This document shows, piece after piece, positions 18,165 through 26,614 of a stretch of 45,415 bases of DNA (position 1 is its first letter; every line of letters begins with the position of its first letter). A model generated the notes under the pieces. The model did no database searches and had not been told where the DNA came from. It saw nothing but the letters and a program-made list of their open reading frames with translations. This DNA is from Chloroflexota bacterium. GTDB lineage: Bacteria; Chloroflexota; Anaerolineae; Anaerolineales; UBA4823. The stretch lies in NCBI GenBank assembly GCA_030611505.1, contig JAUWPO010000003.1:1-45415 (forward strand), read 5' to 3'. Both the position numbers and the translations under genes were made by a program.

Positions 18165-18977
18165 TTAACTCGATACAATAACGAGTAACCCCATTACAGT
18201 ACAATAAACCGCAAAGATGTAGAGGGGATGACCAACCAAGAAACGTAACAGCCAATGGATTGCTAGATAACCGACAACTGCAGCCGAGATGAAACCGGGT
18301 ATAAATGTTGGCAGGAGCTGCAAAACATTGGGGCTGCGGATTAGATCATAAGTCGCAGATAAACCTGCTGCAAGCATAATTGGGATGGATATTAAGAATG
18401 AGAACCTTGCTGCTGTGGGACGTCCAAGATCGCGGGTCATTCCTCCGGCGATTGTTGCGCCTGAGCGTGAGACGCCTGGGAAAATCGCTATAACTTGCGA
18501 AAAACCGATCCAGAGTGCATCTTTCCAATCCAACTGTTCTAGGTTGCGATCACGTTTTCCCACTCTCTCTGCGATTATTAGTAGAGTGGCAGTTAGGAAC
18601 AATGCCGATGCTGTAAGCTTGGGATTCGCAAATGTGTTCTCGACAGTTTCTTTAAGTAATAAACCGATAATCCCGGCAGGGATTGTGGCGAGGATTAACT
18701 TCCATCCCAAACGAGCTTGTGGGGTTTTCATCGGGGATTTGTTTTTCAAGCCCAAAAGCATGGCTTTTGCTAAGGCAATCAGGTCGTTCCAGAAATATGC
18801 GATCACAGCTACTAAAGTTGCCACCTGTACGAGGACATCAAATTTAAATGCGTCCGTTGCTGGTATGTGCCAACCTAGCAAATACGGTACGATAACCAGG
18901 TGTCCTGAACTTGAAATTGGTAAAAACTCGGTCAAGCCTTGAATAACACCGAGAAGGATAGATTGTAAAACTGTCAT
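18165..18977 (-). CDS. uppP: Undecaprenyl-diphosphate phosphatase
   Basis: Motifs QGLTEFLPISSSGHL, PGVSRSGATI and AARFSFL (BacA family). Likely start ATG 18977. Confidence 0.97.
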   Translation of the reverse strand: MTVLQSILLGVIQGLTEFLPISSSGHLVIVPYLLGWHIPATDAFKFDVLVQVATLVAVIAYFWNDLIALAKAMLLGLKNKSPMKTPQARLGWKLILATIPAGIIGLLLKETVENTFANPKLTASALFLTATLLIIAERVGKRDRNLEQLDWKDALWIGFSQVIAIFPGVSRSGATIAGGMTRDLGRPTAARFSFLISIPIMLAAGLSATYDLIRSPNVLQLLPTFIPGFISAAVVGYLAIHWLLRFLVGHPLYIFAVYCTVMGLLVIVSS

Positions 18978-19004
18978 ACACAATCACGCATGAGCTTCCA
19001 GTAT

Positions 19005-20126
19005 TTATTTGCCACTGTGTTTGCCTAATATAAAGCTCTCTACAAAGTCGTTAAAACGAGCATCGAGGATTGATTGGCGCATTTCTTTTACGAATTCAAG
19101 CAGAGTATGTAGGTTGTGTATGGACAGGAGAGTTGCCGATAACATCTCTTTGGCGACGATCAAGTGGCGTAGATATGCCCGTGAAAAATGTTGGCATGTA
19201 TAGCAGGTACATGTGTTGTCTATTGGGCGTGAATCTTTCGCAAAAACTGCGTTTGTTAGATTTAGTTTATCTTTAGGCACCATTGCCGTGTTATGACGCG
19301 CAAGCCGCGTTGGCAATACACAGTCAAATATATCAACACCCCTAATTACGGCGTTCAATAAATCTTCTGGTGTGCCAACTCCCATCAAATAACGTGGTTT
19401 ATCTTCAGGTAAAACTGCGTTTACGATTTCTAACATTGATTTCATCTCATCTTTCGTCTCACCAACAGATAATCCGCCAATTGCGTGACCAGGGAAATCA
19501 AGGGAGGAGATAAATTTTGCGGATTTGCGGCGTAGATCAGAAAAGACCCCGCCTTGTACGATGCCGAACATAGCCTGATCGGAACGTTTTTTGGATTTCA
19601 GGCAGCGTTCTGCCCATTTATGGGTTCTCATTAACGCTCGTTGATTGTACTCATAGTCATAAGGTGGTGCGCATTCATCAAAGGTCATGATGATATCGGC
19701 ACCTAACTTTTCCTGGATCGCAATTGATTTTTCAGGTGTGAAGTGGTGAGTGGAACCATCAATATGACTTCTGAATATCACTCCTTCGTCCGATATACTC
19801 CGATTTGCGGCCTGTGAATAAACTTGATATCCGCCTGAATCGGTCAACAGTGGGTGATGCCAATTCATGAAGTCATGCAGCCCACCAAGTTCAGCAATCA
19901 ATTCTTCACCTGGTCTTAGATAAAGATGGTAGGTGTTAGCGAGAACTAAGCTTGCGCCCAATTCGTTTAATTGAGCAGGAGTGACTGCCTTTACACTTGC
20001 TTGAGTTCCTACAGGTGCAAAAACGGGTGTCAAGATATCACCATGAGGAGTGTGCAGGACTCCGGCTCGAGCATCTCCCTGTGAGGCTTGTATATTAAAA
20101 GAAAAAAGGGCTGTTGATGCATTCAT
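19005..20126 (-). CDS. tgt: tRNA-guanine(34) transglycosylase
   Basis: Motifs TPVFAPVGT, NTYHL, TDSGGYQ, GIVQGG, GGLSVGE, DCVLPTR and Zn site CTCYTC...H. Confidence 0.97.
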   Translation of the reverse strand: MNASTALFSFNIQASQGDARAGVLHTPHGDILTPVFAPVGTQASVKAVTPAQLNELGASLVLANTYHLYLRPGEELIAELGGLHDFMNWHHPLLTDSGGYQVYSQAANRSISDEGVIFRSHIDGSTHHFTPEKSIAIQEKLGADIIMTFDECAPPYDYEYNQRALMRTHKWAERCLKSKKRSDQAMFGIVQGGVFSDLRRKSAKFISSLDFPGHAIGGLSVGETKDEMKSMLEIVNAVLPEDKPRYLMGVGTPEDLLNAVIRGVDIFDCVLPTRLARHNTAMVPKDKLNLTNAVFAKDSRPIDNTCTCYTCQHFSRAYLRHLIVAKEMLSATLLSIHNLHTLLEFVKEMRQSILDARFNDFVESFILGKHSGK

Positions 20127-20171
20127 GGTTTTTAATATAGTAAAGGATTGCTGCTCACAGAACGAGGAATG

Positions 20172-20242
20172 ATTATACCCTTATTAAACCAGCAGGCTAT
20201 AAACCAAACTTCTAGGGTTTAATGGTGTGTTCGAGGTATAAT
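20172..20242. promoter_or_regulatory. Divergent -10 elements for tgt (-) and the aminotransferase operon (+)
   Basis: ggTATAAT on the minus strand at 20172-20177 and ggTATAAT on the plus strand at 20237-20242. No clear -35 elements. Confidence 0.45.
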
Positions 20243-20399
20243 TCATCCGGTAATTTGCGTGATTGTGAGAATATTATTTCGATAATAATCTCAATACCTA
20301 TGTTGATTCACACCGAGAAATCATATTTATCCGAACTTCATTCATGTGATTGATGAAATATATAATAAAAAATTCTGATAAATCTAGGAGACTTAATCT

Positions 20400-21737
20400 A
20401 TGCAAACGTTCAATTTACCAGGACCGAAAGCCCGGTCACTCATAGAGCGTGACAATAAGGTTATCTCACCATCCTATCCACGCGGCTACCCATTTGTTAT
20501 GGAGCGAGGCCGAGGTGTAGAAGTATGGGATGTGGATGGGAATCGCTTTTTGGATTTCGCAGCCGGTATCGCTGTCGTCGCAACCGGACACAGCCATCCG
20601 AAAGTTGTTCAAGCGATCCAGGAGCAGGCTGAAAAGTTCATTCACATTTCTTCAGATTTTTACCACGAGAAGTGGGTTGAATTAGCGGAAGCCATCAATG
20701 GGATAGCACCCTTTTCAGAAGAAGCTGTATCTTTTATGACCAATTCGGGGACAGAAAGCGTCGAAGCTGCTATTAAACTGGCTCGTTCTCATACGGGTCG
20801 CACCCAATTTATAGGATTTCTTGGTGGATTTCATGGGCGAACAATGGGGTCGATTGCATTTACAGCCAGCAAAAAAGTTTACCGTCATGGCTTCTTTCCT
20901 TTTATGAGCGGTGTTGTACATGTTCCGTATCCTGATCCTTACCGGCAAGTACTGGAATCACCCCCGCGAGAAGATTATGGTGATACAGTTGTGCGTTATA
21001 TTGAGGAGCAGATACTTACCAAGGTTATTCCACCTGATGATCTGGCTGGAATTTTAATTGAACCAATCCAAGGAGAGGGTGGTTATATCATTCCATCGCC
21101 CGGCTTCTTCCCGGCTTTGCGCCGGTTATGTGATAAGTATGGGATACTATTGATCGCTGATGAAGTGCAATCGGGGATCGGACGCACTGGTAAATGGTGG
21201 GCGATTGAACATTTTGGGGTTGAACCCGATATTGTATGTACGGCGAAAGGAATCGCTTCCGGTATGCCTCTTGGGGTTATGTTCGCACGAAGGCAAATTA
21301 TGGATTGGCAAAAAGGGGCACATGGAAATACTTACGGAGGAAACCCTGTAGCATGCGCTGCGGCTTTAGCGACGATTTCCCTGGTGGAAAATGAGTATAT
21401 GCAGAACGCTTCGGCGGTTGGCCGGTATACAAAGGAACTGGCGGAGGAGATTCTATTAAATAAGTATTCTTCTATTGGCGAAATACGGGGGCAAGGGCTA
21501 ATGATCGGTATTGAGTTTGTCGAGGATCGTAATACTAAAAAACCAGCTGAGCAATTGCGCGACGCGATCATTGAGAATGCATTTCAACGGGGTTTAATCT
21601 TGCTGGGTTGTGGCAAGAGCACCATAAGATTAGCCCCACCGCTTTGTGTAACTCGAGAAGAAGTGGATGAGGCTCTTGAAATCCTCGATGAGGTTATCAT
21701 GATCAGTGAAGGAGAATTTCACACAATTGCTGCCTGA
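20400..21737 (+). CDS. Class III PLP aminotransferase (4-aminobutyrate/acetylornithine/ornithine aminotransferase family)
   Basis: Motifs DVDGNRFLDFAAGIAV..GHSHP, NSGTESVE, FHGRT, EPIQGEGGY, DEVQSGIGRTG and TAKGIASG (PLP Lys). SD AGGAG. Confidence 0.92.
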   Translation: MQTFNLPGPKARSLIERDNKVISPSYPRGYPFVMERGRGVEVWDVDGNRFLDFAAGIAVVATGHSHPKVVQAIQEQAEKFIHISSDFYHEKWVELAEAINGIAPFSEEAVSFMTNSGTESVEAAIKLARSHTGRTQFIGFLGGFHGRTMGSIAFTASKKVYRHGFFPFMSGVVHVPYPDPYRQVLESPPREDYGDTVVRYIEEQILTKVIPPDDLAGILIEPIQGEGGYIIPSPGFFPALRRLCDKYGILLIADEVQSGIGRTGKWWAIEHFGVEPDIVCTAKGIASGMPLGVMFARRQIMDWQKGAHGNTYGGNPVACAAALATISLVENEYMQNASAVGRYTKELAEEILLNKYSSIGEIRGQGLMIGIEFVEDRNTKKPAEQLRDAIIENAFQRGLILLGCGKSTIRLAPPLCVTREEVDEALEILDEVIMISEGEFHTIAA

Positions 21738-23289
21738 TTTCAGAGTCCGTCAACGGGATTATCTGCTTGAGATTCTACGTGCCATTACTCAGGAGCTGGA
21801 TTTAGATAAAGTATTGGCGCGTATTTTACACATTTCAATTGAGATGATGGCAGGTCAAGCGGGATTAATAGCCTTACGTGATGTTCAAAAAGGTTGGTCG
21901 GTAGCCGTATCCCAAGGTATTCCAGCGACGTTTATCCGGACATTGGATCCGCTGCTTGCACACGTTCCTCTGGAGAATGACCCGGCACGGAATGAGTTTT
22001 CAGACATTAACCGCTTGCTGCAGGGGTTAACACGTGCTGCTAGTTTAAGTCTGCTCACTGGGGTCGGGCTTCCGCTAATTGCCAGAAAGCAGGTGACTGG
22101 TGTCTTGTTCATCTTTCGTAATTACCAGGGTGTATTTTCGTCTAACGACAGGACGCTGCTGCAAAGTTTTGCTGACCAGGCAGCGATTGCCGTACAAAAT
22201 GCACAGCTATATACCCAGGTGCTCAACGAAGAAAGGCGGATGTCAGCTCTCCTGGATTCTGTGGCTGATGGAATTCTGATATTATCCGCTCATTATACAA
22301 TTGAACGCTGCAACAGGGCTATGGCAAGAATGTTGGGGGTTAGTATGGCTGATATTGTAGGGCGGAATCATGCAGATGTCGTTCTTTGGGTACATCGCGA
22401 AGATGGGGTGACGTTAGAACAAGCTAAAGAAGGTGGGTGGCCCTTGACCCCGAACGCAACTTTGTATGTGGAGGGAGATTTGGAACGTCCAGTCCGACCG
22501 CCTTTGCCTGTCGGAATTACATACGCGCCCCTTCTTTCAGTGGAAGGTAATTTGATTAATATTGTTGCTTCCGTACGCGATATCACCCATTTTCGGGAGG
22601 CAGAAGAACTAAAGAGTACTTTCATCTCTGTAATCAGCCATGAGCTGAAAACACCTGTAGCGCTTATCAAAGGCTATGTGGGAACGCTACGCAGAGAAGA
22701 CGTTAATTGGGATCGCAAGATTGTAGAGGACAGCCTGGAAGTAATCGAAGAAGAATCGGACCGCTTGACAGAGCTAATTGAGGACTTGTTGGATGCATCA
22801 CGGTTGCAGGCTGGCGCTTTATCCATCAACATGACTGAAGTATCATTGGATTTATTAGCAAAGCAGATAGCGACGCGTTTTCAGGTGCAATCAACAATAC
22901 ACAATATCGTAGTGGATTTCCCTGAAGGCTTTCCAGTAATTCTGGGGGATGAAGACCGCCTATCTCAGGTCTTTGCTAACTTGATTTCAAATGCTATTAA
23001 ATATTCACCAGAAGGTAGTGAAATCCAAATAAATGGTCAGGTGAAATCTGAACATTTAATTGTCTGTGTAAGCGATCGAGGTCTTGGTATCGCCGCAGAT
23101 GATTTGCCGCATATATTTGATCGTTTCTACCGGGCGAGTGAAGTATCACGTACGACAAAAGGAACCGGTCTTGGTTTATATCTTGCTCGGGCAGTGATTG
23201 AAGCGCATGGCGGACGTATTTGGGTTGATCCAAAACCGGGTGATGGTGCCAGGATATGTTTTTCAATCCCACGTGATCTTAAAGGATAA
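21727..23289 (+). CDS. Cytoplasmic GAF-PAS sensor histidine kinase (HisKA/HATPase_c), orphan
   Basis: GAF ending FADQAAIAVQNAQLY; PAS LLDSVADGIL..CNRA; H-box SHELKTP; N-box NLISNAIKYS; G boxes DRGLGI, FDRFYR, GTGLGL. No TM. TTG 21727 after AAGGAG is preferred over GTG 21706. Confidence 0.93.
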   Translation: MLPDFRVRQRDYLLEILRAITQELDLDKVLARILHISIEMMAGQAGLIALRDVQKGWSVAVSQGIPATFIRTLDPLLAHVPLENDPARNEFSDINRLLQGLTRAASLSLLTGVGLPLIARKQVTGVLFIFRNYQGVFSSNDRTLLQSFADQAAIAVQNAQLYTQVLNEERRMSALLDSVADGILILSAHYTIERCNRAMARMLGVSMADIVGRNHADVVLWVHREDGVTLEQAKEGGWPLTPNATLYVEGDLERPVRPPLPVGITYAPLLSVEGNLINIVASVRDITHFREAEELKSTFISVISHELKTPVALIKGYVGTLRREDVNWDRKIVEDSLEVIEEESDRLTELIEDLLDASRLQAGALSINMTEVSLDLLAKQIATRFQVQSTIHNIVVDFPEGFPVILGDEDRLSQVFANLISNAIKYSPEGSEIQINGQVKSEHLIVCVSDRGLGIAADDLPHIFDRFYRASEVSRTTKGTGLGLYLARAVIEAHGGRIWVDPKPGDGARICFSIPRDLKG

Positions 23290-23378
23290 ACGGATCAGAA
23301 TATGGCAAGAGATTTATGAAATGTAAAAATTTTTAAGATTGAGCCCGTTTAATACTATGTTAGAAGATGGAGAAATGA

Positions 23379-24725
23379 ATGCCAAAAACAAATATTAATT
23401 GTCCTAATTGTCACCGGTCTATTGTTGCAGATATTGACCGGTTGTTTGATTTGGGGACCGATCCAACGGCTAAACAACGTTTGCTCACAGGCGCATTTAA
23501 CGTTGTGCTGTGCTCGTACTGTGGTTATCAGGGTCAAATTGCTACACCGATTGTGTATCATAATCCAGAGAAAGAGCAATTACTTACATTCGTGCCTCCA
23601 GAGGCTGGGTTACCGCATGACGAACAAGAACGCGTTATCGGTTCTATGGTTATTCAAGTGACCAATAATCTGCCCCAAGATAAGCGTAAAGGTTATTTGC
23701 TGCGTCCACAGGCTACATTAACCTTGCAAGGTTTGGTAGAACGTGTACTCGAGGCTGATGGGATCACCAAAGAAATGATACAAGCCCAACAGGAGAAATT
23801 TCAATTAATTCAACGCTTATTAGAAACAACGGATGAAAAAGAGATTGGCGAAGTTGCAAAGAATGAAGATACGAAAATTGACGCCGAATTTTTTATACTT
23901 CTTCAGCGGCTAACAGGAGCATCCATTCAAAGTGGAGACCAGGAAACCGCAAGAAAATTAGAACAATTGCGAGAGAGTCTGCTGCCAGTGACAACTTTTG
24001 GGCGGGAAATCCAATCGCAAACACAAGAGATGGAAGCCGCGGTTGCAGACCTTCAGGCTGCGGGGGAAGAATTGGATCGAGAGACGATGCTAGACCTAAT
24101 CATCAAAGCCCCTAACGATACCCGGATTAGAGCGTTGGTGAGCCTGGCACGTCCAATTATTGATTATCCATTCTTCCAGATGCTTAGTGAACGTATTGAT
24201 CGCGCCCGCGGGGATGGACGCACCCGTTTGGTTGAACTCCGTTCTGATCTTTTAGATTTGACTGAGGAAATTGATCGTCAAGTGGCTGCGCACGTTCAGG
24301 AACAAAAGAGCCTAATTAATAAAATATTGCAGGAAACCGATGTTAAAAATGCCATGCAGAATTATTTACCGGCAGTAGATGAATACTTTATAAGAGAATT
24401 GGAACAGCGATTGGAGGATGCCCGTAAACAGGGAGATTTGGAGCAGATAGTAAAGCTGCAGGATATGATTGATATTGTTGAGGAAGCCAGTGCTCCCCCA
24501 CCAGAACTAGCGTTGATTGAGGAATTGCTTCAGGCATCGGATGATCAATCCCGTCGAGAAATACTTGATGTTCATCAAGAAGAAATCACACCAGAATTCG
24601 CCAATGCTTTATCAAATATTGTGGTTCAAGCCCAGTCCAGCGAAGATAATAAGCTGGCCGAACGCGCCTTGGCAGTTAATCGCCAGGTGCTGCGCTTTTC
24701 TATGAAGAAGAATATCATCAAATGA
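23379..24725 (+). CDS. CpXC zinc-ribbon domain protein with C-terminal helical repeats
   Basis: The N-terminal CPNC...LL.G..N...CSYCG......PIVYH.PEKE.L..FVP matches the CpXC pattern. The rest is acidic and alpha-helical. SD GGAG. Confidence 0.8.
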   Translation: MPKTNINCPNCHRSIVADIDRLFDLGTDPTAKQRLLTGAFNVVLCSYCGYQGQIATPIVYHNPEKEQLLTFVPPEAGLPHDEQERVIGSMVIQVTNNLPQDKRKGYLLRPQATLTLQGLVERVLEADGITKEMIQAQQEKFQLIQRLLETTDEKEIGEVAKNEDTKIDAEFFILLQRLTGASIQSGDQETARKLEQLRESLLPVTTFGREIQSQTQEMEAAVADLQAAGEELDRETMLDLIIKAPNDTRIRALVSLARPIIDYPFFQMLSERIDRARGDGRTRLVELRSDLLDLTEEIDRQVAAHVQEQKSLINKILQETDVKNAMQNYLPAVDEYFIRELEQRLEDARKQGDLEQIVKLQDMIDIVEEASAPPPELALIEELLQASDDQSRREILDVHQEEITPEFANALSNIVVQAQSSEDNKLAERALAVNRQVLRFSMKKNIIK

Positions 24726-24731
24726 TTTAAA

Positions 24732-25463
24732 TTACTCAATTGGAGGGTTGTCTAAACGCAGACCATGACCGCGGACGGTGACGATATATGAATGATTCGC
24801 ATCGATATTGGCAAGCCTGTTTCGCAGTCTTCTAACCAAAGCATCTAGGGCTTGGATGGAAACCTCTAAGGCTTGATTCTCTCCCCATACCGCGGAAATT
24901 AATTCATAGCGCGAGATAACACGACCTTGGTTTTCGTAAAGCTGTTCTAATAGTCGAAATTGGGACACCGATAGGGGTGGAACAACTTCCTCTTCGCTGG
25001 CAAGCTGCCCATGTTTGACGAAATTGATCCAGACTCGTCTGGATTTCTTGTCCAGTCGTAAACGACTGGTGTTTTGAACTGGTTCTTGAGCCTGATATTG
25101 ATTGGAGATTTGTGGTTCTAAATCTTGTGAATTGAGAGGGAGTGTGGCATCAGAACTTAGAAATACAAATCTTTGTACCAAAGCAATTTGGATAACGTCA
25201 CCATCTTGGAGGGTTACAGCGTCATTGAGTCGTTTCCCATTACGGTGCGTTCCATTTTTGCTCTTTAAATCTTCTAAAAAGATTCCCTTGGGAGCAACCG
25301 AAATGCGTGCATGATGACGGGAAACCTGACGATCAGTGATGACTATATCGCAGCTTGTTTCACGCCCTATTAACAGATTTCTGCCCAATAACCACTGTTT
25401 ACCATTCAATGGTCCTGCCTGGGCAAGCAATAATGACGCTTCATCATTATAGTTATTCATCAT
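24732..25463 (-). CDS. FHA domain + OmpR/PhoB-type winged-helix DNA-binding protein
   Basis: FHA motifs IGR..CDIVI.D..VSRHHARI and DLKSKNGT..NG. wHTH LS..QFRLLE.LY.N.GRVISR.ELI.AVW...LDALVRRLRNRL...YIVTVRGHG. SD GGAGGG supports ATG 25463 or 25460. Confidence 0.9.
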   Translation of the reverse strand: MMNNYNDEASLLLAQAGPLNGKQWLLGRNLLIGRETSCDIVITDRQVSRHHARISVAPKGIFLEDLKSKNGTHRNGKRLNDAVTLQDGDVIQIALVQRFVFLSSDATLPLNSQDLEPQISNQYQAQEPVQNTSRLRLDKKSRRVWINFVKHGQLASEEEVVPPLSVSQFRLLEQLYENQGRVISRYELISAVWGENQALEVSIQALDALVRRLRNRLANIDANHSYIVTVRGHGLRLDNPPIE

Positions 25464-25478
25464 CACGCCCTCCATGGG

Positions 25479-25550
25479 TATAATAACATAAATATTTTCG
25501 TAAAAAGTCCATCCATAACCTTTGCATCATTTAAATTAATCAGGTATTAT
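25479..25550. promoter_or_regulatory. Divergent promoters between the FHA-wHTH and Ser/Thr kinase genes
   Basis: Minus strand: extended TGtTATTAT at 25480-25488, overlapping a plus-strand TATAAT at 25479-25484. Plus strand: TTGCAT (25522-27), 17 nt, TATTAT (25545-50). Confidence 0.5.
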
Positions 25551-25598
25551 TAAGAATAAAAGGAAAATTTGACGTTAGTGGATCAATAAAATGTGCCT

Positions 25599-26582
25599 AT
25601 GCCATTAAAATCAGGTGAAGTTCTGCGCGAACGATATAAAATTCGCCGTATTATCGGTCATGGGGGTATGGGTAGTATTTATCTGGCAGATGATCTCCGG
25701 CTTGAAGGTCGAATGTGTGCTTTAAAAGAAGTTGAGCATGATCACACTTTGCCTGAAGAGATGATCAAACAGGCACGCGATCAATTCATGCGCGAAGCTA
25801 CTGTTCTAGCCCGACTGGACCATCCCAATTTGCCAAAGGTGTCTGATTTCTTTTCTCATGGGGGGCGCGATTTCCTGGTGATGGATTTCGTGCCGGGGAA
25901 GGATCTGCGTACACTAATGAATGAAGCCCACCAGAAAGGAGATTTTCTGTCAGAACGAGAAGTATTGAGTTGGGCAAATCAGTTGGCGAATGCTTTGAAT
26001 TACTTGCACAACCAGAATCCTCCGATCCTGCATAGAGATATCAAACCCAGTAATTTAAAATTAACACCAACGGATACAGTGAAACTGGTTGATTTTGGAT
26101 TGGTAAAAATTTTGGCATCTGAAGAGGTCACGATAACAATCTTGCAGGGTCGCGGTACAGCTCTATATACACCTCTTGAGCAATATGGTGGAGATTCAGG
26201 TCACACAGATATTCGGAGTGATGTTTATGCGTTTGGAGCTACACTTTATCACCTGTTGACAAATCAAAAGCCAGTAGAAGCTCGTGAACTTTTCTTACAC
26301 CCCGATTCTTTGATCCCTCCCCGACAATTGAACCCTGATCTCAGCCTCCGTACTGAACGTGCTGTTTTATGGGCAATGAATTTGCATCCTGACGAACGAC
26401 CTCAAGATATCGAATCTTTTCGAAAAGCCCTATTGGGTGACTGGGATCCAATTATTCGACCGCGAGCATCTCTACCATCACCTACTTTGGCCGATTTAGT
26501 ATCATCACCGATAGAGCGGACACTAATATTGGTATCTCTAGGTTTGCTATTTCTGAGCCTAGCTGTAACGTTATTACGCTAA
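25599..26582 (+). CDS. Hanks-type Ser/Thr protein kinase with a single C-terminal TM anchor
   Basis: Motifs GHGGMG, ALKE, HRDIKPSN, DFG, GT..Y.PLEQ and SDVYAFG. It ends in hydrophobic LILVSLGLLFLSLAVTLLR with no extracellular domain. Start is GTG 25593 or ATG 25599. Confidence 0.95.
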   Translation: MPLKSGEVLRERYKIRRIIGHGGMGSIYLADDLRLEGRMCALKEVEHDHTLPEEMIKQARDQFMREATVLARLDHPNLPKVSDFFSHGGRDFLVMDFVPGKDLRTLMNEAHQKGDFLSEREVLSWANQLANALNYLHNQNPPILHRDIKPSNLKLTPTDTVKLVDFGLVKILASEEVTITILQGRGTALYTPLEQYGGDSGHTDIRSDVYAFGATLYHLLTNQKPVEARELFLHPDSLIPPRQLNPDLSLRTERAVLWAMNLHPDERPQDIESFRKALLGDWDPIIRPRASLPSPTLADLVSSPIERTLILVSLGLLFLSLAVTLLR

Positions 26583-26614
26583 AACGGAATCTTGCGATGA
26601 AATTCTCATACTCG

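Noticed and set aside
18385-18942. 185-aa plus-strand ORF
   Set aside because: Antisense to uppP; explained by codon bias of a hydrophobic gene.
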